Under the pieces are notes generated by a model, which saw nothing but the letters and a program-made list of their open reading frames with translations, ran no database searches and was not told where the DNA came from. Source: Candidatus Buchananbacteria bacterium (GTDB taxonomy: Bacteria; Patescibacteriota; Patescibacteriia; 2-01-FULL-39-33; JBAYJR01). Taken from it: DNA of 64,000 nucleotides. Shown here piece after piece: positions 28,647-39,380 of the stretch. Within the stretch, counting starts at the first letter, position 1. Each line of letters begins with the position of its first letter. The translations under genes were made by a program, and so were the position numbers. The DNA is taken from positions 17,102 to 81,101 of the forward strand of contig JBAYJR010000003.1 in NCBI GenBank assembly GCA_041665005.1. The letters are read 5' to 3'.

Positions 28647-30302
28647 ATGGCTAAACAAATTTTATACAGTGAAGCCGCTCGGGCGGCGATTAAACGCGGG
28701 GTAGATAAAATTGCCAACGCGGTTAAAGTCAGTTTGGGCCCTAAAGGGCGCAATGTAATTTTGGACAAAGGCTTTGGTTCACCGGTGATTACTAATGATG
28801 GCGTGACCATTGCCAAAGAAATTGAATTGGAAGATAAGTTTGAAAATATTGGTGCTTCGTTAATCCAAGAAGTGGCTAATAAAACTAATGATGTAGCAGG
28901 CGATGGCACTACCACGGCGACAGTTTTGGCGCAAGCGATTATTGAAGAAGGTTTTAAGAACGTGGCGGCCGGTAATGACCCGATGGATATTCGTCGAGGA
29001 ATTGAAAAAGCGGTGATTAGCGCGGTGAAGGCCTTAAAATCAATTAGTAAGCCAGTTAATGGTAAAAAGGAAGTGGCCCAAGTTGCCACCATCTCTTCGT
29101 TGGATGCGCAAGTGGGAGAGTTAATTGCGGAAATAATGGACGAAGTTGGTAAAGATGGCGTGGTCACAGTAGAAGAATCACAAACCATGGGTTTAGAAAA
29201 AGAAGTGGTTAAAGGCATGCGATTTGATAAAGGTTATGTTTCGGCTTATATGGTTACCAACACCGAGCGGATGGAAGCAGAATATAATAATGCTGCAATT
29301 TTGATCACCGAAAAAAAGATTAGTGCGATTCGCGAAATTTTACCCTTGTTAGAGAAATTAGCACAAAGCGGTACTAAAGAATTAGTTATTATTGCCGATG
29401 AAGTTGATGGCGAAGCCCTGGCCACTTTAGTGGTTAATAAATTGCGGGGCACTTTTAATGTGTTAGCGGTTAAAGCGCCAGGTTTTGGTGATCGTCGCAA
29501 AGAAATGTTGCAAGATATTGCCGTCTTAACTGGAGGCACAGTAATTTCTGAAGAACTGGGTCATAAATTAGAAAACACCACCCCAGAACAATTAGGTCAT
29601 GCCCGAAAAGTAGTGGCCAGTAAAGATTACACGACGATTGTTGAAGGCAAGGGTGAAGAAAAATTAATTAAAGATCGAGTAGCCCAAATTAAAAATGAAT
29701 ATGACAAGGCTACCTCGGATTATGATAAAGAAAAACTGCAAGAACGGCTAGCCAAATTGTCCGGCGGAGTCGGTGTCATTAAAGTGGGCGCGGCAACGGA
29801 AACTGAAATGAAAGAAAAGAAATTTAAAATTGAAGATGCTCTGCATGCCACTAAAGCCGCGGTGGAGGAAGGAATTGTGCCTGGTGGTGGTGCCGCTTTG
29901 GTTAAAGTAGCTTATGCTTTGGATGAATTAGTAGGCAAAGTGACCGAAGAAGAAAAAGTTGGCGTGGCGATTATTAAACGCTCCTTAGAAGCACCATTGC
30001 GACAAATTGCCGCTAATGCCGGAATTAAAGATATTGCTTTGATTGTTAATGAAATTAAAGATATTAAAGATGCGCATTCGGGTTATGATTTTGCTAAGAT
30101 GGAAAAAGCGGACATGTTAGAACGTGGCATCGTTGATCCGTTAAAAGTTACTCGTACCGCTTTAGAAAATGCCGCTTCGATTGCCGCTACTTTATTAATG
30201 ACCGAGGCAGTGGTAACGGATATTCCAGAAAAGAAAGAAAATGCTGCCGGCGGTATGCCGGGTATGGGTGGTATGGGTGGTGGTATGGGGATGGATTACT
30301 AG
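28647..30302 (+). CDS. groEL: Chaperonin GroEL
   Basis: '[11 protein letters not shown]', 'GPKGRNV', '[10 protein letters not shown]' and a C-terminal GGM repeat tail. Confidence 0.97.
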   Translation: MAKQILYSEAARAAIKRGVDKIANAVKVSLGPKGRNVILDKGFGSPVITNDGVTIAKEIELEDKFENIGASLIQEVANKTNDVAGDGTTTATVLAQAIIEEGFKNVAAGNDPMDIRRGIEKAVISAVKALKSISKPVNGKKEVAQVATISSLDAQVGELIAEIMDEVGKDGVVTVEESQTMGLEKEVVKGMRFDKGYVSAYMVTNTERMEAEYNNAAILITEKKISAIREILPLLEKLAQSGTKELVIIADEVDGEALATLVVNKLRGTFNVLAVKAPGFGDRRKEMLQDIAVLTGGTVISEELGHKLENTTPEQLGHARKVVASKDYTTIVEGKGEEKLIKDRVAQIKNEYDKATSDYDKEKLQERLAKLSGGVGVIKVGAATETEMKEKKFKIEDALHATKAAVEEGIVPGGGAALVKVAYALDELVGKVTEEEKVGVAIIKRSLEAPLRQIAANAGIKDIALIVNEIKDIKDAHSGYDFAKMEKADMLERGIVDPLKVTRTALENAASIAATLLMTEAVVTDIPEKKENAAGGMPGMGGMGGGMGMDY

Positions 30303-30375
<73 letters not shown>

Positions 30376-30378
30376 AAA

Positions 30379-30410
30379 GTGCCCCGCTTTGCGGGGCACT
30401 TTTCTTGTCA
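30379..30410 (+). terminator. groEL rho-independent terminator (GTGCCCCGC-ttt-GCGGGGCAC, then TTTTCTT)
   Basis: Perfect 9-bp stem and a T-run. Confidence 0.6.
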
Positions 30411-30515
30411 TTCCGGCCTACGAGCCGGAATCCAGGCCCACTTTTTTTGTTATTTGTTTTAACAAAAATTGGGGTGGCATTTTTCTTAGGTTTTGTGCTA
30501 TAATGCAATCAGTCT

Positions 30516-30959
30516 ATGTCTATTTTTAAGCAAATTGAACCCTTTGATCAGGCTTTTTATCAGGCGCGGTTACGCTTGGTTTTGTGGGTTTGTTTAATTT
30601 TAGAATTAATTTGGCGGTTAGGCCTTAAAATCAGCCTTTACACTTATTATCAACAATATCAAGAAAGAGTCAGTTGGGGGTTCAAAATAATTTTTATCTT
30701 GTGGCTGATTTGGCAAATTTTACGGCGGGCTGAATGGTCCAGCGCCAAAGCGGCTTATCAATTGGCGATAGTTTTGGCCCTAGCGGTTGGTTTGTGGTCA
30801 GCAGTAATTAAAGTTATTTTAGATTTTCAGTTTTGGACGACTTTAAATTTGATTACGGAGCCAGTGCTAGTGGCTTTAGTTACGGCGGGGCTGTTGTTTG
30901 CCACAAATTTTGTTTTATTAAAAATTAACGTTTTAGTTAATAAATTAACTCATAAATAA
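30516..30959 (+). CDS. Hypothetical membrane protein (4 TM)
   Basis: ORF track. Hydrophobic segments. Confidence 0.45.
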   Translation: MSIFKQIEPFDQAFYQARLRLVLWVCLILELIWRLGLKISLYTYYQQYQERVSWGFKIIFILWLIWQILRRAEWSSAKAAYQLAIVLALAVGLWSAVIKVILDFQFWTTLNLITEPVLVALVTAGLLFATNFVLLKINVLVNKLTHK

Positions 30960-30969
30960 AAAACTTGAT

Positions 30970-31299
30970 ATGCAAATTCCCAAGTTTGAAGCCAAAGAAG
31001 TAGAGGATGGCAAAATGGCGGCAGTTTTAGCCTACCTCGGCCCGTTGTTTTTAGTGGCCATGCTAACCAAAAAAGAAAATTCTTTTGCGATGTGGCATGC
31101 CAAGCAGGGTTTAGTGCTATTTATTTTTGAAGTGGTTATTTGGGTGGTTAATATTGTGCCATTCTTAGGACAATTTATTTGGTTGATTGGTTCAATCTTT
31201 ACAATCGTCGTGTTGGTCATGGGTATTTTGAAAGTTTTGGCCGGCGAAGGTTATGAAATTCCTTGGATTGGTCAATATGCCAAAGAAATTAAAATCTAA
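30970..31299 (+). CDS. DUF4870-like small membrane protein
   Basis: 'AAVLAYLGPLFLVAMLTKKENSFAMWHAKQGL' resembles the DUF4870/TM2 family. Confidence 0.5.
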   Translation: MQIPKFEAKEVEDGKMAAVLAYLGPLFLVAMLTKKENSFAMWHAKQGLVLFIFEVVIWVVNIVPFLGQFIWLIGSIFTIVVLVMGILKVLAGEGYEIPWIGQYAKEIKI

Positions 31300-31494
31300 A
31301 AGATTAATGGCTGTTTAAGTATTACAAATTTTTTAGTTAGATTTTGTCACAATCGGGCCGGCTAGCAATAGCCGGCCTATTGTAAAAAATTATTATTTTT
31401 TGATAAAAAATCTTCTGGTTAGATGATTTTTGAGATAAAAAAAGACAGCTGACCGATTTTTGGTCAAGCTGTCTGAAATTTTTAATGCGGTTAA

Positions 31495-32106
31495 TTACCC
31501 TTCACGGTGTAACTCATAGCCACTTTTTATTACCCAAACCGCTAGGGTAGCAAAAAATGCGGTGAGCATCATGATTGCGCTAAGCAATAAGGTGTTGGCG
31601 AAGCCAAGAAATGGTCCGCCAAATATTGTCATGATGCTGGAAAACAGGCAAATCTCAGCAAAGACCTTTTTTGGTTTTTCGGTCTCCTCCCATGGCTTGC
31701 AGGCCGCGGTCATTATTATTGCTAATAAAACCAGAATATATTCACCAACCTTAATCACTGTAATGAGCGGAGTTGGATAGCCGGCTAATAGCACTACGCA
31801 GAGCACAAAGAGTAAAATCAGACCGAAGATAATTCCTGCACAAACTGCCCCACTTTCTTTTTTCTCGTCTTCATTAAGTACCTTTGGTATAATCCAAAGG
31901 TACTGTCCGAATATTAACATAATGGACAGAGCGAAAAGATATTGGTCACTCCAGCGGTTGATTTGGCAGCTGAAGAACGAATATTGGAAGGGATATAGCA
32001 TGGTCAGTGGTACTTTCCAGCTGATCAAATACATCGTAATCAGATAGATTAATTGCCCCCAAAAACCTGCCAGAAGTACCACCTTTGCTTTTTCTTTGTT
32101 ATTCAC
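31495..32106 (-). CDS. Hypothetical polytopic membrane protein
   Basis: ORF track. 5-6 TM helices. Confidence 0.45.
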   Translation of the reverse strand: MNNKEKAKVVLLAGFWGQLIYLITMYLISWKVPLTMLYPFQYSFFSCQINRWSDQYLFALSIMLIFGQYLWIIPKVLNEDEKKESGAVCAGIIFGLILLFVLCVVLLAGYPTPLITVIKVGEYILVLLAIIMTAACKPWEETEKPKKVFAEICLFSSIMTIFGGPFLGFANTLLLSAIMMLTAFFATLAVWVIKSGYELHREG

Positions 32107-32295
32107 GTATTTAACCCTCCTTTCAAGGGTAAATCAATTTTTTATAATTTTTTAAGGTCCAGTCTAACGTTTTATGGTAGCACAGTATTTACTTTTTGTC
32201 AAGACCTTAAATAACCATAAGTATAAAGTTTAGTTTAATATTTAAATAAGAAATCGCCTGGACAGGTGGTCTCTTGGTTGTAACAAATTTAGTTT

Positions 32296-33105
32296 ATGTT
32301 AAGAATCGCTTGGCAGGGTAAACATTTTGGCGAGGAACCGCCGTTGGTTGGCAACAAGTCACAGGGAGCTGGGGGCATATTTTTTTCTGGCTGTAATTTA
32401 TATTGTGTGTTTTGTCAAAATTATCAAATTTCTCAAAATAATTTAGGTCAAAATTACTCAGTAGAACAAACCGCGCAAATGATGTTGGCGTTGCAAAAAC
32501 AAGGGGCGGTTAATATTAATTTAGTGACGCCGACTATTTGGCAACAACCGCTTAGGGAAGTAATTATCTTAGCCAAAAAGCAAGGCTTGGTTATTCCAAT
32601 AGTTTGGAATTCTAATGGTTACGAAGAAGTGGCTGGGATTAAATCCTTGGCGGGCTTAGTAGATATTTATTTGCCGGATTTTAAATATGCGGATGATAGT
32701 TTGGCTGATAAATATTCTGGCGTTAAAAACTATGCGGTTAAGGCGAGGCTTGCCATTCAGGAAATGATTAGCCAGGTTGGCGAATTGCAAGTTAAAGATG
32801 GCTTAGCTAAACAGGGAGTAATTGTTCGGCATTTGATTTTGCCAAATAACGTAAAAAATAGCCTGGCGGTTTTAGATTTATTAGCGCCACTTAAAGAGCA
32901 AATATATTTTAGTTTGATGTCGCAATATTATCCGGCTTATCAGGCTAAAAATTTTTCAGAATTAACCAGAACGATTACTCAAGCGGAGTTTGATCAGGTT
33001 TTTGCTAAAATGTTGGCCGTGGGCTTAGATCGTGGCTGGACTCAAAAATTATCTAGCGCGGCAAATTTATTGCCAGACTTTACTTTGACCCAGCCGTTTA
33101 AATAA
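32296..33105 (+). CDS. Radical SAM protein, PflX-like (COG1313)
   Basis: 'GIFFSGCNLYCVFCQN' C-x3-C-x2-C cluster near the N-terminus. About 270 aa. Confidence 0.65.
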   Translation: MLRIAWQGKHFGEEPPLVGNKSQGAGGIFFSGCNLYCVFCQNYQISQNNLGQNYSVEQTAQMMLALQKQGAVNINLVTPTIWQQPLREVIILAKKQGLVIPIVWNSNGYEEVAGIKSLAGLVDIYLPDFKYADDSLADKYSGVKNYAVKARLAIQEMISQVGELQVKDGLAKQGVIVRHLILPNNVKNSLAVLDLLAPLKEQIYFSLMSQYYPAYQAKNFSELTRTITQAEFDQVFAKMLAVGLDRGWTQKLSSAANLLPDFTLTQPFK

Positions 33106-33196
33106 TCGTTGAAGGCAAGTTAGCTTTTTTGTTAAAATTACGGTATAATTAATCAGTATAAAGTTTATAAAATATAAAGTATAAGGAATAATATTT

Positions 33197-35572
33197 ATGC
33201 CAAAAAGTAAAAAATTGTTATTGTGGTTTAAAGAAGTGGGAATTAAAGATGTACCGTTAGTGGGTGGTAAAAATGCTTCTTTGGGAGAAATGTATCAACA
33301 TCTCACTAAAAAAGGAGTTAGTATTCCTAATGGTTTTGCAATTACCGCGGAAGCTTATCGCTATTTTATTAAATATAACAAGCTAGATAAAAAAATTAAG
33401 GGTATCTTAAAAGGCTTAAAGTCACATCAGGTTAAAGATTTACAACGTAAGGGTTTGCAGGTTCGGCAGTTACTGTTGGCGGCCGAGTTACCGCCAAATT
33501 TAGCCAGTGAAATTAAAGAAAATTATCATAAATTATGTGGCGCTAAAAATTGCGCGGTGGCGGTACGGTCTAGCGCTACGGCGGAAGATTTACCGGATGC
33601 TTCGTTTGCTGGTCAGCAAGAAACTTATTTAAATGTGGTAGGCGAGGAACAAGTAGTGGAGGCAACTAAAAAATGTATTAGTTCATTATTTACCAATCGA
33701 GCGATTTCTTATCGTCACGACAAGGGCTTCGATGATTTTAAAATTGCTTTATCGGTTGGCGTGCAAATGATGGTGCGGTCGGATTTGGCTTGTTCCGGAG
33801 TAATGTTTTCGGCGGACACCGAAAGTGGTTTTGATGATTTAATTGTGATTAATGCCGCTTGGGGTTTGGGCGAATATGTGGTTAAAGGCGTGGTTAATCC
33901 CGACGAATTTTTTATTTATCAAAAAACTTTAGAGCAGGGTTTTAACCCTTTAATTAAAAAGAAGATTGGCAGCAAAGAAGCTAAATTAGTTTATGCGGCT
34001 GGCGGTGGCACAGTAAAAAAAATAAATTCACCGACCGAACGACAAAATTTTTGCTTAAGTAATCAAGAAGTTTTACAGTTAGCCCGTTGGGCGGTAGTGA
34101 TTGAACAACATTATCGTCGGCCGATGGATATGGAATTTGCCAAAGATGGCCAAACCGGTAAATTGTTTATTGTCCAAGCTCGGCCGGAAACAGTAAATTC
34201 CGTGCAGGATAAAAATATTTTAACAGAATATAGTATTAAACGTCGAGGCAAAATTTTAACCACAGGCATTTCGGTAGGTGCCAAGATCGGCCAAGGCAAA
34301 GTGCGAGTAATCTTGGATGTAAAAAATTTAGCTGATTTTAAAGCGGGTGAAGTATTAGTAACTAAAATTACCGATCCCGATTGGGAACCGGTGATGCGGA
34401 TTGCTTCGGCAATTATTACCGAACAAGGCGGACGTACGGCACACGCGGCGATTGTCTCGCGCGAATTGGGTATTCCGGCGGTGGTGGGCACGGGCAATGC
34501 CACCAAAAAATTAAAGACGGGACAAGCGGTAACGGCCAGTTGCGCCGAAGGAGAAAGTGGTTTTGTTTACGAAGGAATTTTACCATTTACCTTGACTAAA
34601 CATAATTTAAAAAAATTAAAACGTCCCCAAACTAAAGTAATGATGAACATTGGTAACCCTGACACTGCCTTTGCCGATTCGTTTATTCCCAATGATGGTG
34701 TGGGTTTGGCGCGTGAAGAGTTTATTATTAATTCTTACATCAAGATTCACCCCTTGGCTTTGTTACAGTTTAAAAAAGTTAAAGATCCGGCGGTGCGAAA
34801 ACAAATTGAAATTTTGACGGCCGGTTATACCAATAAAGCACAATTTTTTGTGGACAAATTAGCCGAAGGCATTGCTCAAATCGCCGCCGCTTTTTATCCT
34901 AAGGATGTAATTGTGCGTTTGTCTGATTTTAAATCTAATGAATATGCCAATTTGATTGGCGGTAAATATTTTGAACCCAAAGAAGAAAATCCGATGATTG
35001 GTTGGCGCGGCGCTTCGCGTTATTACAGCCCGCAATACGAACCAGCTTTTGCCCTAGAGTGCAAGGCCTTTAAAAAAGTGCGGGAAGAATTTGGTTTAAC
35101 TAATGTTAAAGTAATGGTGCCATTTTGTCGCACAGTAGCCGAGGGTAAAAAGGTGGTGGCTACCATGAAAAAATATGGTCTACAAAAAGGGCAAAAAGGT
35201 TTAGAAATTTATGTGATGGTAGAAATTCCTTCTAATGTTATTTTGGCGCAGGAATTTGCTAAAATTTTTGATGGTTTTTCCATCGGTTCTAATGACTTAA
35301 CGCAATTAACTTTAGGCGTGGATCGCGATTCCGCTTTGGTGGCGCATATTTATGACGAACGCAACGCGGCAGTTAAAGCGCTATTAACTTTTGTAATTGG
35401 TTCGGCTAAAGAAACCAAGACCAAAATTGGTATTTGTGGTCAAGCGCCTTCGGATTTTCCAGATTTTGCGCAGTTCTTGGTTAGACAAAAAATTGATTCT
35501 ATTTCTTTAAACCCCGATACAGTAATAAAAACTACCCTAAAGATTTTGCAGGAAGAAAGGAAAAGACGCTAA
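33197..35572 (+). CDS. ppsA: Phosphoenolpyruvate synthase (pyruvate, water dikinase)
   Basis: 'VPLVGGKNASLGEM' ATP-grasp N-terminus, phospho-His domain 'GGRTAHAAIVSRELGIPAVVG', PEP-utilising C-terminal domain. Confidence 0.9.
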   Translation: MPKSKKLLLWFKEVGIKDVPLVGGKNASLGEMYQHLTKKGVSIPNGFAITAEAYRYFIKYNKLDKKIKGILKGLKSHQVKDLQRKGLQVRQLLLAAELPPNLASEIKENYHKLCGAKNCAVAVRSSATAEDLPDASFAGQQETYLNVVGEEQVVEATKKCISSLFTNRAISYRHDKGFDDFKIALSVGVQMMVRSDLACSGVMFSADTESGFDDLIVINAAWGLGEYVVKGVVNPDEFFIYQKTLEQGFNPLIKKKIGSKEAKLVYAAGGGTVKKINSPTERQNFCLSNQEVLQLARWAVVIEQHYRRPMDMEFAKDGQTGKLFIVQARPETVNSVQDKNILTEYSIKRRGKILTTGISVGAKIGQGKVRVILDVKNLADFKAGEVLVTKITDPDWEPVMRIASAIITEQGGRTAHAAIVSRELGIPAVVGTGNATKKLKTGQAVTASCAEGESGFVYEGILPFTLTKHNLKKLKRPQTKVMMNIGNPDTAFADSFIPNDGVGLAREEFIINSYIKIHPLALLQFKKVKDPAVRKQIEILTAGYTNKAQFFVDKLAEGIAQIAAAFYPKDVIVRLSDFKSNEYANLIGGKYFEPKEENPMIGWRGASRYYSPQYEPAFALECKAFKKVREEFGLTNVKVMVPFCRTVAEGKKVVATMKKYGLQKGQKGLEIYVMVEIPSNVILAQEFAKIFDGFSIGSNDLTQLTLGVDRDSALVAHIYDERNAAVKALLTFVIGSAKETKTKIGICGQAPSDFPDFAQFLVRQKIDSISLNPDTVIKTTLKILQEERKRR

Positions 35573-35669
35573 GCTAGCTTGACAAGGTTTTAGATTTTTT
35601 GTAATATCAATTTTACATTTAGAGGATTGAAAGTTAGTTAAATTTCCAAAGAGGAAGGGGGGATAAATT

Positions 35670-35861
35670 TTGTGCAAAGTACAGATTAAGTGGAATCAAG
35701 ATGGCGAAACAAAGAAATTACTTTGTGATCGCAATTCTCCAGAGTATCAAGCTAAGATTGGAGAATTAAAAGACGCCAGAATTCGTTACAGAATTTCTAA
35801 CGTCGGTGGGAGACCCGGACCGGTTGGTAACTTTATCAACCGTCAATCGGCCCACATTTAG
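35670..35861 (+). CDS. Hypothetical small protein (TTG start, strong RBS AGGAAGGGGGG)
   Basis: ORF track. RBS 6-8 nt upstream. Terminator immediately downstream. Confidence 0.3.
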   Translation: MCKVQIKWNQDGETKKLLCDRNSPEYQAKIGELKDARIRYRISNVGGRPGPVGNFINRQSAHI

Positions 35862-35875
35862 TATTTTTTCTAACC

Positions 35876-35914
35876 CAGCCCGCAGATCGGTCACGACTGC
35901 GGGTTTATTTTTTG
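35876..35914 (+). terminator. Rho-independent terminator (CCCGCAG...CTGCGGG then TTTATTTTTT)
   Basis: 7-bp GC stem plus a T-run. Confidence 0.6.
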
Positions 35915-35929
35915 CTATAATATAAGCAT

Positions 35930-36733
35930 ATGATTAGTTGGTTACATCATTATTCACCCGAGCGGATAATTTTTAGCCTAGGGCCGATCAATTTTTATTG
36001 GTATGGTTTAATTTTGGTACTAGCGATTTTAGCGGGTTTAGCAGTGGTTATTAAGTTTGGTAAAAAAATAAATTTAAAACTTGAGCAGATTTTGGATTTA
36101 GCTTTTTATTTAGTGCTTGGTGGTTTGGTTGGCGCCAGAATTTGGGAAGTGCTATTGGTTAACCCTGGTTATTATTTAAATCAACCGCTGGAAATTTTTA
36201 AAATTTGGCAAGGTGGCTTGGCGATTCACGGAGCCTTGGTAGCCGGTTTAATTACGGTGGTGGTTTATTGCAAAAAACAGCAGTTAAATTTTTGGTTGAC
36301 GGCGGATGTTTTGGTTTTAGGTGTAACCTTGGGTCAGGCGATTGGGCGGTGGGGTAATTATTTTAATCAAGAATTATTTGGTTATCCGACCAACCTACCT
36401 TGGGGTATTTTTATTGCGCCGGCTAATCGGCCGGAATTATTTTTGGATTTTAAATATTTTCAGCCAACTTTTTTGTATGAATCGTTGGGCAGTTTAATTA
36501 TTTTGGGTCTGTTGATTTGGCAGTTTAAAAAAATTCAGCGACCTGGTTTAATTTTGGCTGAGTATTTAATGCTCTATTCGGCCTTAAGATTTAGTTTGGA
36601 ATTTATTAGGTTAGATCCGGAAATGGTTTGGTGGGGATTACGTTTACCGCAATGGATTAGTTTGCTGGTAATAATGGCGGTTAGCAGTTGGTTGCTTGGA
36701 GTTAAAAGAAGTGGTATAATTAAAGCAGAATAA
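35930..36733 (+). CDS. lgt: Prolipoprotein diacylglyceryl transferase
   Basis: 'GRWGNYFNQELFG' Lgt signature. 'YWYGLILVLAILAG' N-terminus. Confidence 0.9.
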   Translation: MISWLHHYSPERIIFSLGPINFYWYGLILVLAILAGLAVVIKFGKKINLKLEQILDLAFYLVLGGLVGARIWEVLLVNPGYYLNQPLEIFKIWQGGLAIHGALVAGLITVVVYCKKQQLNFWLTADVLVLGVTLGQAIGRWGNYFNQELFGYPTNLPWGIFIAPANRPELFLDFKYFQPTFLYESLGSLIILGLLIWQFKKIQRPGLILAEYLMLYSALRFSLEFIRLDPEMVWWGLRLPQWISLLVIMAVSSWLLGVKRSGIIKAE

Positions 36734-36739
36734 AAAACT

Positions 36740-37105
36740 ATGAAATTGACCAAAAAATTATTACCTTATTTGTTTTTAGCTTTATTAATTTTGCCAGTAA
36801 CAGTTTTGGCGGCCGAGCAACTGCAAAATCCTTTAACGGGAAATACTAGTCCGATTACCATTGAAGGTTTGGCGACTAATATTATTAATGGGATTTTGGG
36901 CTTTGTGGGAGTGTTGGCTTTTGGGATGTTTTTGTACGGTGGTTTTATTTGGTTAACTTCGGCGGGTAATGCCGACAAGGTTAAACTGGGAATGAATGCG
37001 ATGGTTTGGGCAGTTTTAGGAATTGCAGCGATCTTTTTAGCTTATGCTATTTTGAGCACGGTGTTGGGATTTTTTCAAACTGGCGCCGCCGGAGGCGTTC
37101 AATAA
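36740..37105 (+). CDS. Small secreted double-TM protein with TrbC/VirB2 pilin-like topology
   Basis: Signal peptide ending 'VLA/AEQ', then two hydrophobic helices separated by 'SAGNADK'. 121 aa. Confidence 0.45.
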   Translation: MKLTKKLLPYLFLALLILPVTVLAAEQLQNPLTGNTSPITIEGLATNIINGILGFVGVLAFGMFLYGGFIWLTSAGNADKVKLGMNAMVWAVLGIAAIFLAYAILSTVLGFFQTGAAGGVQ

Positions 37106-37169
37106 TATTAAACAAAATATCAGACAGAAAAACAGCCTTAAAGCTGTTTTTTGGTGTTTTGATTTGTTC

Positions 37170-37198
37170 TTGACAAAATCATTTAGATGTGCTATATT
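37170..37198 (+). promoter_or_regulatory. Promoter: TTGACA, 17 bp spacer, TATATT, after a terminator hairpin at 37129-37153
   Basis: Hexamers read directly. Precedes the two-gene cassette. Confidence 0.5.
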
Positions 37199-37294
37199 AT
37201 AATGTTCTTTACAATTGAACGATAATAATGTTATTAGGCGTAAATTCTGGAAGATTTATGCTTAAAACAATCTACGAAAGGTAGGAATAACACG

Positions 37295-38113
37295 ATGTCA
37301 AAAAGCAAGAAACAAAATAATCAAACACCAGCGCCTGCACCCGCAGCGCCACCAGCTGATCCTGTCAAAAAAGACACTATCATCAGCAATTTAGTTGATA
37401 CTTTTGGCCAAGGAATGATACCAGAAGTGGTCCATTTTCTTGATGATCTCTTGAACAGAGTTGGTTTCCGGGACTTCGTCAAGAAAATGTATGCCAAAAA
37501 TGCTTTTGGCACTAAGGTTGCTCTTGGCGCACTTTCGGTGGGTTTGCAGAAAATCCAGCCGAAAGGAAAGCTCGGCGACTTTGTTCATGATATTTTTGAG
37601 GGATTATTGCAGAGCACGCGCAATGATGCCGAAGGAAAAATCGGAACAGCCGGTCAGAATCCGGTCCAACCAGTAAAAGGTAATGGTTGGAAGAATCTGA
37701 GCGAGACCGAAAAACAGAAGACCCTGATGGAAATGTTGGCAGACCCCAAGTTAAACAAGGAGGCTAGAAATAGCTTTCTTGAAATGCTTAAGGGTCAAGA
37801 TTTTTCTCCGGAAGAGAAACAGGTTTTGGTCGGACTTTTATTCTTATTAAAAGATCCCGCTAAGATCGGTATTTTTCTTAAGGCCAACGATAATACTCAG
37901 ACCAAAGAGTTGCTGACTGTAATTGGTCAGATAATTCCTGAGGAAAAGGAAGTCATTGTGGCCGCTGGTCCAGACGTTATGGATCAGTTGAAAAAAGTCT
38001 GGGAAAAGACTAATCAGAAAGCTGATAATTTTTCCAAAACTGTTGATGGCTGGACGGCCAGCATCAATAAATATCGCCAAGACAAGTTTGGGAAGAAAGG
38101 AAATCGGCAATGA
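37295..38113 (+). CDS. Hypothetical Lys-rich soluble protein with an Ala/Pro-rich N-terminus. Atypical codon usage.
   Basis: ORF track. CTC/ATC/TTC-rich codons, unlike its neighbours. Its stop overlaps the next start (ATGA). Confidence 0.5.
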   Translation: MSKSKKQNNQTPAPAPAAPPADPVKKDTIISNLVDTFGQGMIPEVVHFLDDLLNRVGFRDFVKKMYAKNAFGTKVALGALSVGLQKIQPKGKLGDFVHDIFEGLLQSTRNDAEGKIGTAGQNPVQPVKGNGWKNLSETEKQKTLMEMLADPKLNKEARNSFLEMLKGQDFSPEEKQVLVGLLFLLKDPAKIGIFLKANDNTQTKELLTVIGQIIPEEKEVIVAAGPDVMDQLKKVWEKTNQKADNFSKTVDGWTASINKYRQDKFGKKGNRQ

Positions 38114-39147
38114 AAAATTTACTGAAGTCAATCGGAAATTTTATTGTCGCCATCATACAGTTGTTACTTGATGGCACGCAACACATCACGGAACAGGTGG
38201 TGGCAAAAGTAAAACCATTTGCTACTGCTTATATCTGTATCTTGGCTTTCTTAGCCTTTGTCTCCGCGGTGTTACCCTTGGTAATCTTTGGGGTGGCCTT
38301 GGGATTAAAACTGCATTGGTTAATTGCCATTGCTGGTATCGTCCTGGCTATCCTACATCTAGCGGCTGGATATTTGGCAACGCCGTTAGTAGTTATTCTT
38401 GGGGCTTCTCTAGTGGCTTTAAAGTCACCAATTAAAGTGGTAATGGGCACAATTAGAGGAGACCAAGATGGAATTATCTGCCAGATGGAAAAGATAGCTA
38501 AGTGGTGGGTAAATAGCTTCATGATGGTTGTCTTTTGGGAAATGTGTGTAGTATTGTATACATTTATTTTTCCAGTCTGGCAAAATGCCGCCAGTTTTAT
38601 TGGATTAATTTTTGTCGCCTTATTGTCGGCGATTATGGTGCAGGCATTTTCTATCAAGTCAACGCTTGTACCAAAATTAGTCCGGTGGTTGGTTGTTCCG
38701 GCAACATTTTTATTTTTGACGTTGTCGTTTATTTTACCGCAAACAACAACCGCCTTAGGGGACAAGATTCCTACTTTGGATAAAAATTGGTCTGAGGTAG
38801 TTAAAAATGGTCCCAAAGTTCAAGATGCCATACCTCAACCAGTGGCACCACAGGTATTGCCGCCGGTAGTTAATCAGTCTACTACGGTTGAAGATCAGGA
38901 AAAGCATCTGACCAAAGGTGAAGTCTGGGAATTTCGGATTGATCCTTTGGCCAGGCACTACGAAATTCGGCCGGAGATGGATGTGGAGTTATCATATAAC
39001 CCTGCGTCATTTCCCCCCGGAACCAAAGTGGACTATCTAATTGGTCCCAGTCGTCCGTATGTTACAACACCCAAAGCGGTGCAAAATATAATGGGAAAAA
39101 TTACAGCCCAGGCTGACGGGAAAGTAATTATCTTCCAGTCCCGCTAG
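38110..39147 (+). CDS. Hypothetical polytopic membrane protein (about 6 TM) with a ~130-aa C-terminal soluble domain. Atypical codon usage.
   Basis: ORF track. Translationally coupled to the 37295 ORF. A terminator hairpin follows at about 39150-39215. Confidence 0.5.
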   Translation: MKNLLKSIGNFIVAIIQLLLDGTQHITEQVVAKVKPFATAYICILAFLAFVSAVLPLVIFGVALGLKLHWLIAIAGIVLAILHLAAGYLATPLVVILGASLVALKSPIKVVMGTIRGDQDGIICQMEKIAKWWVNSFMMVVFWEMCVVLYTFIFPVWQNAASFIGLIFVALLSAIMVQAFSIKSTLVPKLVRWLVVPATFLFLTLSFILPQTTTALGDKIPTLDKNWSEVVKNGPKVQDAIPQPVAPQVLPPVVNQSTTVEDQEKHLTKGEVWEFRIDPLARHYEIRPEMDVELSYNPASFPPGTKVDYLIGPSRPYVTTPKAVQNIMGKITAQADGKVIIFQSR

Positions 39148-39303
39148 CCTTAGCCTATCCGGCGGAAGTTTGCGTTGCACACCAAGTTGCAACCGACTTC
39201 CGCCTTATTTTTTTGGTTAATTTTCACTCTTGCCAAATTAAGATTTTTCTGTTATAATCAGTTTGTTATTTTCAAAGTAAGTTAGTAGATCAAGTGTTAA
39301 ATG

Positions 39304-39380
39304 GATCGGTGGTGTAGCCCGGTTAACACGCCTCCCTGTCACGGAGGAGATCGCGGGTTCGAATCCCGTCCGGTCCGCCA
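39304..39380 (+). tRNA. tRNA-Asp (anticodon GTC)
   Basis: Acceptor GGATCGG/CCGGTCC, anticodon stem CCTCC/GGAGG with loop CTGTCAC, T-arm GCGGG-TTCGAAT-CCCGT, encoded CCA. Confidence 0.9.
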
